DNA of 64,000 nucleotides from a bacterium (lineage in GTDB: Bacteria > Bacillota > Clostridia > Lachnospirales > Lachnospiraceae), in NCBI GenBank assembly GCA_963597235.1, contig CAVBPN010000129.1, positions 21,534 through 85,533 on the forward strand, written 5' to 3'. The notes under the pieces were generated by a model. That model was not told where the DNA came from. It saw only the letters and a program-made list of their open reading frames with translations, and made no database searches. Shown here in pieces: positions 18,330-28,676 of this stretch. Position numbers and translations under genes: made by a program. Position 1 is the stretch's first letter; every line of letters starts with the position of its first letter.

Positions 18330-19669
18330 CTTCTGAATCTCATAAAAACCGGAATCCCCTTAAAGAACTGATCTGACTGTATTATAAGAACTACCAGCTC
18401 TACAGGCAGTTTCCATACAAAGGCTGCCATAAACGATAAAGGCATAACAATTCCCCAGGTCGAGATCATATTCATCCACATACAAAATCGGGTGTCCCCG
18501 GCTCCCTGAAGGATTCCTACATGTACCGGCATCTGATAAGACATGCCAATCATGACCAGACTCATGAGCACTATAAGATGATCTGCCAGGACTGCCGCTG
18601 TTTCACTCATCCTGTAAATGGATAAAAGAGGATTTTTTGAAATTATCAGAACAACTGCCAGAAAGACACCTGTTCCTACATCAATAACCGAAAGGGTTCT
18701 TCCAGCCGCTTTTACCCTTTCTGTGTTACCATTCCCGATCTCTTTACCAATCACGACAGATGAGGCCGAAGAAATAGCCACGATAATTACTTTCATATAC
18801 TGAAAAAACGTACTGGAAACAGAATTTGCGGCGATAGCGTCATCAGACAGATGTCCCAGAATGGCAGTCTGCATCGGCACAGATATCGCCCACAAAAGGG
18901 ATGTCGTCAGAATCGGAATAAACACCTTCTGGTAATCCTTCTGAAGAGTCCGCATCCATGTCTTATTTTTGTTCTTATTTATCTCCGAAAACAGCCTGAT
19001 CTTCTTATCTGTCAGAGCCACGTAAAAAATTACAATAAGCATTTCTGCTGTTCTTGCGATCAATGTACCTATTGCAGCTCCACGTATCCCAAGTTCCGTG
19101 AAACCACAATGTCCAAAAATCAGAAGATAATTTATACCACCATTCACAATAAGTGAAACGCAGGATATCATCACGGATATTTTAATAACCTCAATACTTC
19201 TCAGCATAGATATCATAAGATTGCTGAATAGAAATAAAACAAAACTCCATTTTAAGATTTTAAGATATGCTGTTCCTTCTAAAATCAGCTCATCCGAGCC
19301 TGTAAACACTCCGATCAGCTGCTCCGGAATACATGCGCAGATCAAAAATATAATGCAGCCCGCCACAGCTGTAAATCTGCCCGCGATCCATGTAAGTCTG
19401 CGCACCGCTTCTCTATTTTCCTGTCCCCAGTACTGGGAGGCCAGAACTACCAGTGCATTTCCAATTGCCATTCCGATCTGCTGTACAATAAAAAAGAGAT
19501 GATTGACCATAGCCGCTCCTGAAAGTGCCGTCTGGCTGTAACTTCCAAGCATGATATTGTCCAGCATGTTTACGCTGTAAGCAATCAGGTTCTGAAAAGC
19601 AATACCGACGATCATTTTTGACAGAACATGATAGAATTTTTTGTCTCTGATAAAAAAATGGTTTTGCAT
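18287..19669 (-). CDS. MATE family efflux transporter
   Basis: 460-aa polytopic ORF with GIAFQNLIAYSVNMLDNIMLGS at the N-terminus. Its 3' end overlaps the convergent ProX-like ORF by 43 nt. Confidence 0.85.
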   Translation of the reverse strand: MQNHFFIRDKKFYHVLSKMIVGIAFQNLIAYSVNMLDNIMLGSYSQTALSGAAMVNHLFFIVQQIGMAIGNALVVLASQYWGQENREAVRRLTWIAGRFTAVAGCIIFLICACIPEQLIGVFTGSDELILEGTAYLKILKWSFVLFLFSNLMISMLRSIEVIKISVMISCVSLIVNGGINYLLIFGHCGFTELGIRGAAIGTLIARTAEMLIVIFYVALTDKKIRLFSEINKNKNKTWMRTLQKDYQKVFIPILTTSLLWAISVPMQTAILGHLSDDAIAANSVSSTFFQYMKVIIVAISSASSVVIGKEIGNGNTERVKAAGRTLSVIDVGTGVFLAVVLIISKNPLLSIYRMSETAAVLADHLIVLMSLVMIGMSYQMPVHVGILQGAGDTRFCMWMNMISTWGIVMPLSFMAAFVWKLPVELVVLIIQSDQFFKGIPVFMRFRSYKWIHKLTKKECV

Positions 19670-19697
19670 TTCCTTTTACCCCTGTAATCTCCAAGTT

Positions 19698-19739
19698 AGA
19701 ACAAAAGGGCATATCCTGTTACCTGATGATATGCCCTTT
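19698..19739 (-). terminator. Intrinsic terminator closing the TRAP/catabolic operon
   Basis: AAAGGGCATATC (19704-19715) / GATATGCCCTTT (19728-19739) forms a 12-bp stem. The minus strand continues TTTTGTTCT. Confidence 0.7.
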
Positions 19740-19762
19740 AGCTCTTATATAAAAATATGATA

Positions 19763-20794
19763 TTATTTCTGCAGATATTTGTCAACCAGTTCGTCTCCTA
19801 CCTGCTCCCTTACTGCATCGCAGGTTCCCTGTGAAGCTTCACGCATCTCTGCGTACAGTTCTTCAGACGGAGTCACAACTTCTGTACCTGACGCCTCAAT
19901 AATATTAAGTCTGTCTTCAATTCTTTCGTCTGCCTGCTCTCTGGCATACTCTTTGGCAGCATCTGCCGCTTCTGTTATGATCTTCTGTTCTTCTTCATTC
20001 AGATCACCGAACAGTGACTCACTCATAAACAGCGTAATGTAATGTGGAAGATGGTTTGTCTCAATAATGTAGTCCTGCTGCTCATAGAGCTTACCAGACA
20101 CAATAACTTCAATAGGGTTCTCCTGTGCATCAATCGTTTTTTGCTGCAGTCCGATATATACTTCACTGAATGACATAGGTGTCGGGTTTGCCTTCAGTTC
20201 TTTCCAGAAGGACAGCTGGTTTGCATTTTCCATGGTTCGAACCTTCTGACCCTTAAAATCATCAATACTCTCAACCTTTACATTTGATGTCATTACACGA
20301 AATCCCTGGTCTGCTATACTCAGCAGCTGATATCCAGATTTATTATAGGCCTTATCCAGTTCTTCATAAAACTCCTTATCATCTACTGCATTTCGTGCCT
20401 CTTCAATGATTTCAAATGCACATGGGTAGTCAAAAACTGCTGTCTCCGGTATATAACTCACCTGTGGTGCCGGATTCTGTACAACAAACGCAATGTCACC
20501 TTCCTCGCAGCTTTCAAGAAGCTCAGAATCGTTTCCGATCGTTGAGTTCGGATAAATATCAATCGCCATCTCTCCGTTACTGCGGCTTGATACTTCTTCT
20601 GCAAATCTTTCTGCAAAAACCTGCGTTACTGTATCCTCCGGACTGCTTGTTCCCAATGCCCAGGTATGAGTCGCTTTCTCTTCTGTTGTTTCTGTTCCAC
20701 ATCCTGTAAGGCCGGAACAGACTGCAGACATTGCAATTATAACTGCCATAGCCGGTACTATATTTTTTCTGTTTATCTTTTTTTCTCTTATCAT
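19763..20794 (-). CDS. TRAP transporter substrate-binding protein (DctP family), lipoprotein
   Basis: Lipobox LTGCGTE. The 343-aa size and adjacency to DctM/DctQ genes support the call. Confidence 0.8.
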   Translation of the reverse strand: MIREKKINRKNIVPAMAVIIAMSAVCSGLTGCGTETTEEKATHTWALGTSSPEDTVTQVFAERFAEEVSSRSNGEMAIDIYPNSTIGNDSELLESCEEGDIAFVVQNPAPQVSYIPETAVFDYPCAFEIIEEARNAVDDKEFYEELDKAYNKSGYQLLSIADQGFRVMTSNVKVESIDDFKGQKVRTMENANQLSFWKELKANPTPMSFSEVYIGLQQKTIDAQENPIEVIVSGKLYEQQDYIIETNHLPHYITLFMSESLFGDLNEEEQKIITEAADAAKEYAREQADERIEDRLNIIEASGTEVVTPSEELYAEMREASQGTCDAVREQVGDELVDKYLQK

Positions 20795-20806
20795 ATACGA
20801 GCCCTC

Positions 20807-22093
20807 CTATAAAGCAAGGCTGATAGCCGGAATAAATGTGATCATCAACAGTGCAACAAGAAACAGAATGATCATCGGAACTGCTTTTTTTGCAATTTCT
20901 ACAACAGGTACACCTGTCAGAGATCCGGCAACAAACAGATTAACTCCAAGCGGCGGGGTAACAAATCCAATAGCCAGGTTGACTACCATCATGATGCCGA
21001 ACTGTGTCGGGTTCATGCCAATTTCTGTTATGATCGGAAGAAGGATTGGTGTTGTTATCAGAATTGCCGGACTTGTATCCATGACCATACCCACAAATAA
21101 CAGAAACAGATTGATTACCAGAAGAATAATTACCGGATTTGAGAAACTGTTTAAAATCCATCCACTGATTCCCTGCGGCACCTTCAGAAGTGTCAGAACT
21201 CTGGAAAATGCCGTGGATGCGATCAGGATCAGAAGTAATGGTCCGTATGTATGAACCGATTCGGACAAAATTGCCAGAATATCCTTTACTCTGAGGGATT
21301 TATAAATAACAAGACTTACAAAAAGTGCATAAAATACGGAAATTACCGCTGCTTCTGTCGGAGATGCGATTCCTCCATATATGCAGCCAAGAATAATAAC
21401 CGGTGTCAGGATCGCCCAGATTCCATCCTTCATCAGGTTCAGGAAACCTCTTTCTCTGAGTGCACTTACTACCTTATGGATATTTTCTTTATCTTCTCCA
21501 TGTCGCCAGCAATAGAACTTTGCATATCCCATCAGCAATACAGCAATAAGGATTCCCGGAACAATTCCTGCCTTAAACAGATTACCTACGGATTCGCCGG
21601 ATGCCATAGAAAACAGGATAAAAGGAATACTTGGAGGAATAATTACGCCCAGTCCTCCTGCCACGGCTACGATCGCTGTGGAAAATTTCTTGTCATAACC
21701 AAGATTTATAAGAATCGGTATTGTCATGCTTCCTACCGCTGCAACTGTTGCAGGTGCGGAACCTGAAATTGCCCCATAAAACAGGCACGTTATAACTACT
21801 GCGCACGGCATACCGGCTCTGAAATCTCCGATAAAATAGGTAAATACATCGAAAAGTTTTCTCGATACACCTCCGCGTGCCATGATAATTCCCGAAAGGA
21901 CGAACATCGGAATGGCGAGAAGCGGAAAACTGTCAAGACCTGTCAGCATCGAACGCAGTACGTAAGAAACGCTGCCGGTGAATTCGGGATTAATGAGTCC
22001 CGGAAAAACAGACGCAATTCCTACCGCAGTGGCAATCGGAACTGCTACGATCAGCAATACAAAAAATATAACAAAAACAATTATTCCCTGCAT
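20807..22093 (-). CDS. TRAP transporter large permease (DctM family)
   Basis: 428-aa polytopic protein whose start overlaps the DctQ-like stop by 13 nt. Confidence 0.85.
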   Translation of the reverse strand: MQGIIVFVIFFVLLIVAVPIATAVGIASVFPGLINPEFTGSVSYVLRSMLTGLDSFPLLAIPMFVLSGIIMARGGVSRKLFDVFTYFIGDFRAGMPCAVVITCLFYGAISGSAPATVAAVGSMTIPILINLGYDKKFSTAIVAVAGGLGVIIPPSIPFILFSMASGESVGNLFKAGIVPGILIAVLLMGYAKFYCWRHGEDKENIHKVVSALRERGFLNLMKDGIWAILTPVIILGCIYGGIASPTEAAVISVFYALFVSLVIYKSLRVKDILAILSESVHTYGPLLLILIASTAFSRVLTLLKVPQGISGWILNSFSNPVIILLVINLFLLFVGMVMDTSPAILITTPILLPIITEIGMNPTQFGIMMVVNLAIGFVTPPLGVNLFVAGSLTGVPVVEIAKKAVPMIILFLVALLMITFIPAISLAL

Positions 22094-22605
22094 GTTTCAC
22101 CCTCCTTCAGTTCTTTTATTTTTATCCAAATCTGCTGTAGAAGTCTGAACTCTGCCAGTACAAATCCCAGCAACGGTGCAGCCTGAAGAATCCACATCGG
22201 CATTCCCATTGCAGTACTTGTGCGTCCGCTTTCCAACACTTTAAAAAATGATGTGCATGCCTGAGGTATTAAATATCCAAAGAATACAGCCTCAATAATA
22301 TAATCCACACACAATATTAATGTTTTGGTTTTAAATGAAAATCCGGTAATAAACTGATCTATACGGATTGCGATCGTATTGCGTGCTGCGAAAGCAATAC
22401 TCAGAAAGCCACTCCAGACAAACAGATATCTGGTAAGCTCTTCACTCCATGAAATAGAATAATTAAAAAAATATCTTGCGACAACCTGTGCCCCCATTAC
22501 GATTGTCATTATTGAAAGAAGTATGATCATCACAGCTTCTTCAAAATATTCATTCAGCCATTTTATAGTTTTCACAAGGTCCTCCTTTTCTGAAACAGTC
22601 CCCAT
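22081..22605 (-). CDS. TRAP transporter small permease (DctQ family)
   Basis: 174 aa with 4 transmembrane helices, located immediately upstream of the DctM-like gene. Confidence 0.8.
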   Translation of the reverse strand: MGTVSEKEDLVKTIKWLNEYFEEAVMIILLSIMTIVMGAQVVARYFFNYSISWSEELTRYLFVWSGFLSIAFAARNTIAIRIDQFITGFSFKTKTLILCVDYIIEAVFFGYLIPQACTSFFKVLESGRTSTAMGMPMWILQAAPLLGFVLAEFRLLQQIWIKIKELKEGETCRE

Positions 22606-22625
22606 TACTGTTTCTGTACGACGCC

Positions 22626-23396
22626 CTATGCGCTCTCTTCCTCCTCCTTATGCAATGCATCCAGAATGTAATTAACTTCTTTTATTGACAGCTGTCCCGG
22701 TGCGGAACTTCTCAGCGTACTTCCAAATGTCAGAGATGATCCAAAAATCTCTCCACTGATACGACTGACTCCTCCCAGCCATCCCATTGACATAGTAATC
22801 AGCGGTCCATCTGCATGTACATTTGCATACTGATTAGTCGCAGACAGCAATGTCAGTACATCCTCTGCATTATGCGGCATTACGGCAACCTTTGGTACAT
22901 CACCGCCAAGTTCACGCATTTTGCACATTCTTTCAACGATAGTCTGATCATTTGGTGTTCTTTCAAAATCGTGACTTGATATAACAACAACACATCCATT
23001 CTGATGAGCATACTCACAGAACTCCCGGCATAACTCATCTCCCATGAACAACTCAATATCGATCAGATCTGCTGCTTTACCTGCAGCAATACTTTTATTT
23101 AAAGAAATATACTCTTCCAGAGAAATCGGATTTTCACCGCCCTCTGTTCTGTATGTAAACAGTACTGGCATTTCGCCTGCTGTTTCTCTGAGTTTTACTG
23201 CCATTTCAGCAGCTTTTCCACTTTTGTGAACATCTTCATAATAATCTACACGCCATTCGACCAGATCAGCACCTGCATCCTGTGCAAGCTTTGCTTCTTT
23301 CAGAATATCTGCTTCTGATTTTCCTGTGATCGGAACGCATACCTTCGGTCTGCCTTCTCCAAGCTTCATTCCTCTGATATTGATTGATTTTCTCAT
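22626..23396 (-). CDS. aroD: Type I 3-dehydroquinate dehydratase
   Basis: Has LVEWRVDYY, VVISSHDFERTP, VPKVAVMP (catalytic Lys context), PLITMSMG and SAPGQLS. The start is set at the ATG at 23396 after AAGGTGG, just past the upstream stop. Confidence 0.9.
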   Translation of the reverse strand: MRKSINIRGMKLGEGRPKVCVPITGKSEADILKEAKLAQDAGADLVEWRVDYYEDVHKSGKAAEMAVKLRETAGEMPVLFTYRTEGGENPISLEEYISLNKSIAAGKAADLIDIELFMGDELCREFCEYAHQNGCVVVISSHDFERTPNDQTIVERMCKMRELGGDVPKVAVMPHNAEDVLTLLSATNQYANVHADGPLITMSMGWLGGVSRISGEIFGSSLTFGSTLRSSAPGQLSIKEVNYILDALHKEEEESA

Positions 23397-23406
23397 ATTT
23401 TCCACC

Positions 23407-25428
23407 TTACCTGTTACTGAGATATCCATGTTTCCTTAAAGTTTTTAGAATGTTATGGCCTTCAGCGACACCTTCAATAATTCTGCGGGCACGTACACTG
23501 TCACCTACATTCATAATCTCGACTTTTTCTTCTGCTGCAAAAGCTTCTTCAAGCTCCTCAAGAACAGGACTTCTGGACTTCATTCCAAGACAGACGAAAC
23601 CATAGTCAAATGCATACTCTTTCAGTTCTCCATCCGGAGTTTTTACTGTAAAACTGTCTTTTCCTACTTTTGTCAGTGCAGTTTTTGGAAGCTCTGTGAC
23701 GTTATATTTCTCAATAATCTCTTTCATACGCAGTTTACTTACAGGATCAAGGTCTTTTCCAATCTGATCCATCATCTCAATAATCGTCACATCAGCACCA
23801 CGCGGTGCAAAAAATTCTACAACATCGAGTCCAACGGCACCACCGCCAACAACGACAACCTTCTTGCCGTCAAAGCTCTGTGGGAATCGGTCAATATTAT
23901 CAATCATTTTCAAAATAGAGTATACTTTGCTTCCATCCTTGTCGATCCAGTCATGCAGACCTTCGATCGGTGGCAGCAGTGGCAGAGATCCTGTTGCATT
24001 GACAATAATATTCGGCTTAAGGCATTTCACAAACTTTGCAGTAGCTTCTGTCCCTGTAAATGTATACAGGTTCGGAAGATTTTCGGCACGAACTGTCAGA
24101 TAATCAACAAAATCATGGATTCTCTTCTTGTCCGGTATTTTGCTGATCAGAGACGCCAGTCCGCCCAGCTCCTCTTTCTTCTCCAGCAGGAATGTCTGAC
24201 ATCCTGCTTCTGCCGCTGTACATGCAGCCTCCATTCCGGCTGTTCCGCCACCAATAACAACCACATTACATGGTTTTGATACTTTTTCTTCTGTGCACCA
24301 TTCATTTACTGTCGGGTTTACAGTACATCGAATTGGTGTATTCTGTGCCAGACGATGTCCCGCGCATCCAATATTGCAGGAAATACATTTACGAATTGTA
24401 CATTCCTCACCAAACTCTACTTTGTTTACCCAGTTCGGATCTGCGATGAGTCCACGTCCCATTCCGATAAAATCAGCATCTCCATTTTCCAGTATTTCTT
24501 CCGCTCTCTTTGGCGAACGGATATTTCCGGTCGTGATCGTCGGCTTTCCAAATTTCTCTTTCACTGCTCTGGACATATAAGATCTCCAGCCGTCTTCCAG
24601 CTGACAACTGTCGATTTGATACTGAAGGGAACTGTTCAGACCTGCAGAAACATCGATGACATCTGCTTCTTTTTCAAAATATGTCAGAAGTTCCAGTGTG
24701 TCCTCCAGTGTATTTCCGCCTTCAATCAGTTCGTCTGCACTGATTCTGCAGAAAATCGGAAAAAATGATCCAACCTGTTTCCTCACTTCTTCCATTACCA
24801 TTTTTGCAAAACGTGCCCGATTCTCCGGACATCCTCCGAATTCATCTGTACGCTTATTCATACTTGGTGATAAAAACTGACTGATCAGGTACCCATGACC
24901 GGCATGCACCTCAACTGCATCAAATCCAGCTGCCTGTGCACGCTTCGCAGCTTCACCATATTTTTTTACGATTTCCAGAATTTCTTCCTTTGTCAGCGGA
25001 CGTGGAACGGATCCGCCTGGCTTTGATGGAACATCTGATGCAGATACTGTCTGCATTCCGATTCTTTTATCCATTGCTGACGCGCCTGCATGATTCAGCT
25101 GCACCGCAATACATGTTCCATACTGGTGTACTGTTTCACATAATTTATAGAATCTCGGGATGTAATTATCATGATCAATTCGTATTTGCGTAGTTCCATT
25201 GGAACCCAGAGGGAAATCAACACAGGCATTTTCGACAATGATCATTCCAACGCCGCCCTGTGCACGCTGTTCATAATAATCCATATGAAGAAAACTCATT
25301 TCTCCGTTCTGCTCACCATAGTTGGTTCCCATCGGAGCCATAGACACTCGATTCTTCACAGTCATTCTTCGAATTGTAACTGATTCAAACAATTTTGGAT
25401 ATTTTTCACGTTTCTTCATTTTGGCCAT
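23407..25428 (-). CDS. 2-enoate reductase / 2,4-dienoyl-CoA reductase-type flavoenzyme (OYE FMN domain + 4Fe-4S + FAD/NAD(P) domain)
   Basis: 673 aa. OYE-like N-terminus (NRVSMAPMGTNY, QLNHAGA, VEVHAGHGYLISQFLSP). Cys cluster CISCNIGCAGHRLAQNTPIRC. Two Rossmann motifs (VIGGGTAGMEAA and VVGGGAVGLDV). Confidence 0.85.
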   Translation of the reverse strand: MAKMKKREKYPKLFESVTIRRMTVKNRVSMAPMGTNYGEQNGEMSFLHMDYYEQRAQGGVGMIIVENACVDFPLGSNGTTQIRIDHDNYIPRFYKLCETVHQYGTCIAVQLNHAGASAMDKRIGMQTVSASDVPSKPGGSVPRPLTKEEILEIVKKYGEAAKRAQAAGFDAVEVHAGHGYLISQFLSPSMNKRTDEFGGCPENRARFAKMVMEEVRKQVGSFFPIFCRISADELIEGGNTLEDTLELLTYFEKEADVIDVSAGLNSSLQYQIDSCQLEDGWRSYMSRAVKEKFGKPTITTGNIRSPKRAEEILENGDADFIGMGRGLIADPNWVNKVEFGEECTIRKCISCNIGCAGHRLAQNTPIRCTVNPTVNEWCTEEKVSKPCNVVVIGGGTAGMEAACTAAEAGCQTFLLEKKEELGGLASLISKIPDKKRIHDFVDYLTVRAENLPNLYTFTGTEATAKFVKCLKPNIIVNATGSLPLLPPIEGLHDWIDKDGSKVYSILKMIDNIDRFPQSFDGKKVVVVGGGAVGLDVVEFFAPRGADVTIIEMMDQIGKDLDPVSKLRMKEIIEKYNVTELPKTALTKVGKDSFTVKTPDGELKEYAFDYGFVCLGMKSRSPVLEELEEAFAAEEKVEIMNVGDSVRARRIIEGVAEGHNILKTLRKHGYLSNR

Positions 25429-25440
25429 TCCCCTTTCTGA

Positions 25441-26268
25441 TTAAGCGCGGCACTCTCCTAACTCTTCGGCACAATAGGAATAGATATCATAGTGTTTCAG
25501 TAACTCCAGACCTTTTCTTAAATCTGTATCATAATCATCAAAAGTATTTGCCTCATATGAAATATAACCCTTGTAGGAAATATTTTTCAGAGTCTCAAAT
25601 AATTTTCCATAGTTAAAACCATCCCAGAGCATCGGCACACGTCTTTCCGGGAACGCAAATTTCGGATTATCAACATGTACATGTTTGATAAAATCGGCAT
25701 ACTCTTCAATCACTGAATAATCATGACCGCCTTCTACGAACCATCTGAAGTCCAGAAGTGTCTTCAGATTTTTACAGCCCAGTTTTTTCGCATACTGATA
25801 AGCTTCCGGAATACTGAGAACAGAATTACAGATAGCAGAAGCCAGCGGCTCCATCATGATCGTAATATTATACTGCTGAGCAATTTCACATAATTTCACG
25901 ATCAGTTCGTCATTTTTCTTTGCTGCCTCTTCTCTTTCTTCTCCTTCGGGAAGACTTCTCGTCTTCCCGTTTCCATATACGAAATATCTTGCTCCCATGC
26001 GGGCTGTACGGTCTACTGCCTGTTTCAGATATTCTGTATAATATTCCATATCAAATTTCTTATCAGCAATTACTACATCCAGTGGAAGGGGATTATCAAA
26101 AACTTCGCTTGCAAGACCGGAATCTTTTATTTTTTTTCTGGCTTTCTGGAATTCCAGATCATCAAAAGACATGATCTCTTTAATATGAAGTTCGATTCCA
26201 TCATATCCTGCTGCTGCAATCCGGTCTGCCTCATTCACAAATCCAAAATGACTTGTTTTCATCTTCAT
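25441..26268 (-). CDS. Sugar phosphate isomerase/epimerase (xylose-isomerase-like TIM barrel) family protein
   Basis: 275 aa. GYDGIELH...MMEPL...H.H.DN...SYE is a pattern typical of the AP_endonuc_2 family. The substrate cannot be inferred. Confidence 0.65.
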   Translation of the reverse strand: MKMKTSHFGFVNEADRIAAAGYDGIELHIKEIMSFDDLEFQKARKKIKDSGLASEVFDNPLPLDVVIADKKFDMEYYTEYLKQAVDRTARMGARYFVYGNGKTRSLPEGEEREEAAKKNDELIVKLCEIAQQYNITIMMEPLASAICNSVLSIPEAYQYAKKLGCKNLKTLLDFRWFVEGGHDYSVIEEYADFIKHVHVDNPKFAFPERRVPMLWDGFNYGKLFETLKNISYKGYISYEANTFDDYDTDLRKGLELLKHYDIYSYCAEELGECRA

Positions 26269-26289
26269 AGCTCTTACCCCCTGTTCTGA

Positions 26290-27345
26290 TTAATCATTCT
26301 TAAGAATTACTTTTACTTCTTTTGAATGTCCGGATACCAGATCTTCAAATCTTTCCTGTACCTGGCTCATTGGAACTGTAGATGTGATCAGTTTCTTGAG
26401 ATCCAGTTTTCCTTCTTCGATCATTTTCGGAATCTCATAAAGTTCATCTACATAGCAGTAGCTGCCTTTTAATTTCATTTCATGAGCAACTGCATATTTA
26501 TATTCAAATCCATCCATATGCTCTGTTGCCATACCGATCATTGCGATTTCGCCGCCATTCTTAACCATCTTCATGCTTGTATTCAGGCTGACAGCAATTC
26601 CGACACAGTCTGCACCGGCATCAGCACCTTTGCCACCTGTGATTTCCATTACTTTTTCGACCGGATCCACATCCTTTGAATTAATTACATAGGAAGCTCC
26701 GCACTCTAAAGCTTTTTTCAGACGTTCTTCATTCAGGTCGATACTGATGACGTCCTTTGCTCCAAGATATTTCAGACATTCCAGTGCCAGAAGACCGATC
26801 GGACCTGCTCCAAATACTGTAACTGTTTTGTCTTTAACATCACTTAACATCTTAACTCCACGAAGAGCTACAGATGTAGGCTCGAACATAGATCCTTCTT
26901 CAAAGCTGATCTTGTCAGAAATCGGAATCAGCTTATTTGCCGGAACTACAACATAATCTGCCATTGCTCCATCATATCCGCCAGCCGGCATTGTGGTTCC
27001 TGGAATAAAACGCTCTTCGCAGAGGTTTGGAAGTCCTGCCAGACAGTCTGGACATTTTCCACATGGAATGTTTGGATAAACTACAACTCTTCCGCCTACC
27101 GGTACTTCCGGATTCTGCACATCATCACCATATTTGTCTACTATTCCTGAGAACTCATGTCCCATTACCAGAGGAGCAACCCGCATTGCACTTGTTCCTT
27201 TAAATCCGCCTGTATCAGATCCACAGATAGATACTGCTTTTACTTTAATTCTTACCTGTCCTTTTCCCGGTTCCGGTACATCTCTTTCCTGTTCTTCAAT
27301 TTTGAAAGGTGCTACATAACAATATGCTTTCATTTTAACGCTCAT
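26290..27345 (-). CDS. Zn-dependent alcohol/polyol dehydrogenase (MDR family)
   Basis: ICGSD...GHEFSG is a catalytic Zn site, CGKCPDC a structural Zn site, and VFGAGPIGLL a Rossmann motif. RBS AGGAGG. Confidence 0.85.
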   Translation of the reverse strand: MSVKMKAYCYVAPFKIEEQERDVPEPGKGQVRIKVKAVSICGSDTGGFKGTSAMRVAPLVMGHEFSGIVDKYGDDVQNPEVPVGGRVVVYPNIPCGKCPDCLAGLPNLCEERFIPGTTMPAGGYDGAMADYVVVPANKLIPISDKISFEEGSMFEPTSVALRGVKMLSDVKDKTVTVFGAGPIGLLALECLKYLGAKDVISIDLNEERLKKALECGASYVINSKDVDPVEKVMEITGGKGADAGADCVGIAVSLNTSMKMVKNGGEIAMIGMATEHMDGFEYKYAVAHEMKLKGSYCYVDELYEIPKMIEEGKLDLKKLITSTVPMSQVQERFEDLVSGHSKEVKVILKND

Positions 27346-27403
27346 AGTAAAAATCCTCCTGTCTTATAAAATACTAAACCCCATTTGTTATATTTTAAAT
27401 TTT

Positions 27404-28435
27404 TTATTCACATGAAATCTGAACCTTGATCTCGTCATTATCCGGTGTACACAGAATATCGAATGCTTTCTTTCCATCCTCCAGTGGGAATGTAGATGTG
27501 ATCAGATCTTCTACAACCAGTTTTCCATCTGCAAGCATCTGTGCTGCTTCTTTCATTTCTGTTGTAAACATATAACTTCCCATGAATGTAAGTCCACGGC
27601 CTACGATTTCCATAGGATCAATTTCTACTTTTGCATGAGCAAGTGCAACTAATACGCTTGTTCCACCATTTTTAACCATCTCAAAAGACTGGTTGATCAG
27701 AAATTCTCCTGCTGCATTGATTACACGATCTGCACCATATCCGTCTGTCAGCACTTTTACAGCTGCTACTGCGTCTTCTTTCTTTGAGTTGATCACATGA
27801 TCTGCGCCACATTCTTTAGCTTTTTCCAGTCGTTTGTCAATGATATCTGACACAATAACATTTTCAACGCCAAGTGCTTTCAGGAATTTTACGATCAGAA
27901 GTCCGATCGGGCCGGCTCCAAGAACTACTGTGTTTTTTTCTTCTGATGTAAGTCCTTTCTTTGCACATGCAAGAGTTACACCACATGGCTCAAGAAGTGC
28001 CGCTGACTCGTAAGATACATTATCTGCGATCGGAACTACCATCCAGTCCGGAACTGTCACGTACTCTCTCATTGCTCCATCTGTCTGTGTTCCTCCGATT
28101 GCGGTTCCAAGGCTCTTTCTGTTTCCACAGAGGTTTCCTTCTCCTCTTTTACAGAAATAGCAGTCATTGCACAGCACCATCGGATTTACAGTTACTCTCT
28201 GTCCTTTTTTCAGGGATGTAACACCCTCTCCGACTTCTGTGATGTCTCCGGAAAACTCGTGTCCTAATATAAGTGGCGGCATAAATCTGTCAGACGCATG
28301 TCTGTATGCCCCAAGATCTGAACCACAGATAGAAACTTTTTTAATCTTGATCTGTACCTCTCCTTTTTTTGGTGAAGGGATTTCTCTATCCTGGACTTCT
28401 AACGCTCCAGGTCCCTGATATACGAGTGCTTTCAT
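27404..28435 (-). CDS. Zn-dependent alcohol/polyol dehydrogenase (MDR family), second paralog
   Basis: The start is set at the ATG at 28435 (MKALVYQGPG). Has ICGSD, GHEFSG, CNDCYFCKRG and VLGAGPIGLL. Confidence 0.85.
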   Translation of the reverse strand: MKALVYQGPGALEVQDREIPSPKKGEVQIKIKKVSICGSDLGAYRHASDRFMPPLILGHEFSGDITEVGEGVTSLKKGQRVTVNPMVLCNDCYFCKRGEGNLCGNRKSLGTAIGGTQTDGAMREYVTVPDWMVVPIADNVSYESAALLEPCGVTLACAKKGLTSEEKNTVVLGAGPIGLLIVKFLKALGVENVIVSDIIDKRLEKAKECGADHVINSKKEDAVAAVKVLTDGYGADRVINAAGEFLINQSFEMVKNGGTSVLVALAHAKVEIDPMEIVGRGLTFMGSYMFTTEMKEAAQMLADGKLVVEDLITSTFPLEDGKKAFDILCTPDNDEIKVQISCE

Positions 28436-28571
28436 TGTCTCAATCCTTCTTTCTTTTATTTTATCCATACAGCTCTCTTCAGACAGCCGAACTGTGCGGA
28501 GGTCTTGCATATCATGATCGGGTTATTATCACAACAGTAAGCAGTCCGACAGTCTGAAGAATGCTGTATGG

Positions 28572-28609
28572 TTTTTCTGCGGCTTCTCATAAGGGAAGCC
28601 GCAGAAAAA
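28572..28609. repeat. Perfect 15-bp inverted repeat (hairpin) without a 3' U-tract
   Basis: TTTTTCTGCGGCTTC (28572-28586), an 8-nt loop, then GAAGCCGCAGAAAAA (28595-28609). On either strand the T-run precedes the stem and the A-run follows it. Confidence 0.7.
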
Positions 28610-28676
28610 TTAAGTAGAGCAGGTAATTTAATATGGGAATTTATTCAGTTATTGTATTTTTATATTTCTGTTTTAA

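Noticed and set aside
23455-24279. 274-aa plus-strand ORF
   Set aside because: It is antisense to the enoate-reductase gene. The same reasoning applies to 16428-17072, which lies opposite rhaD.
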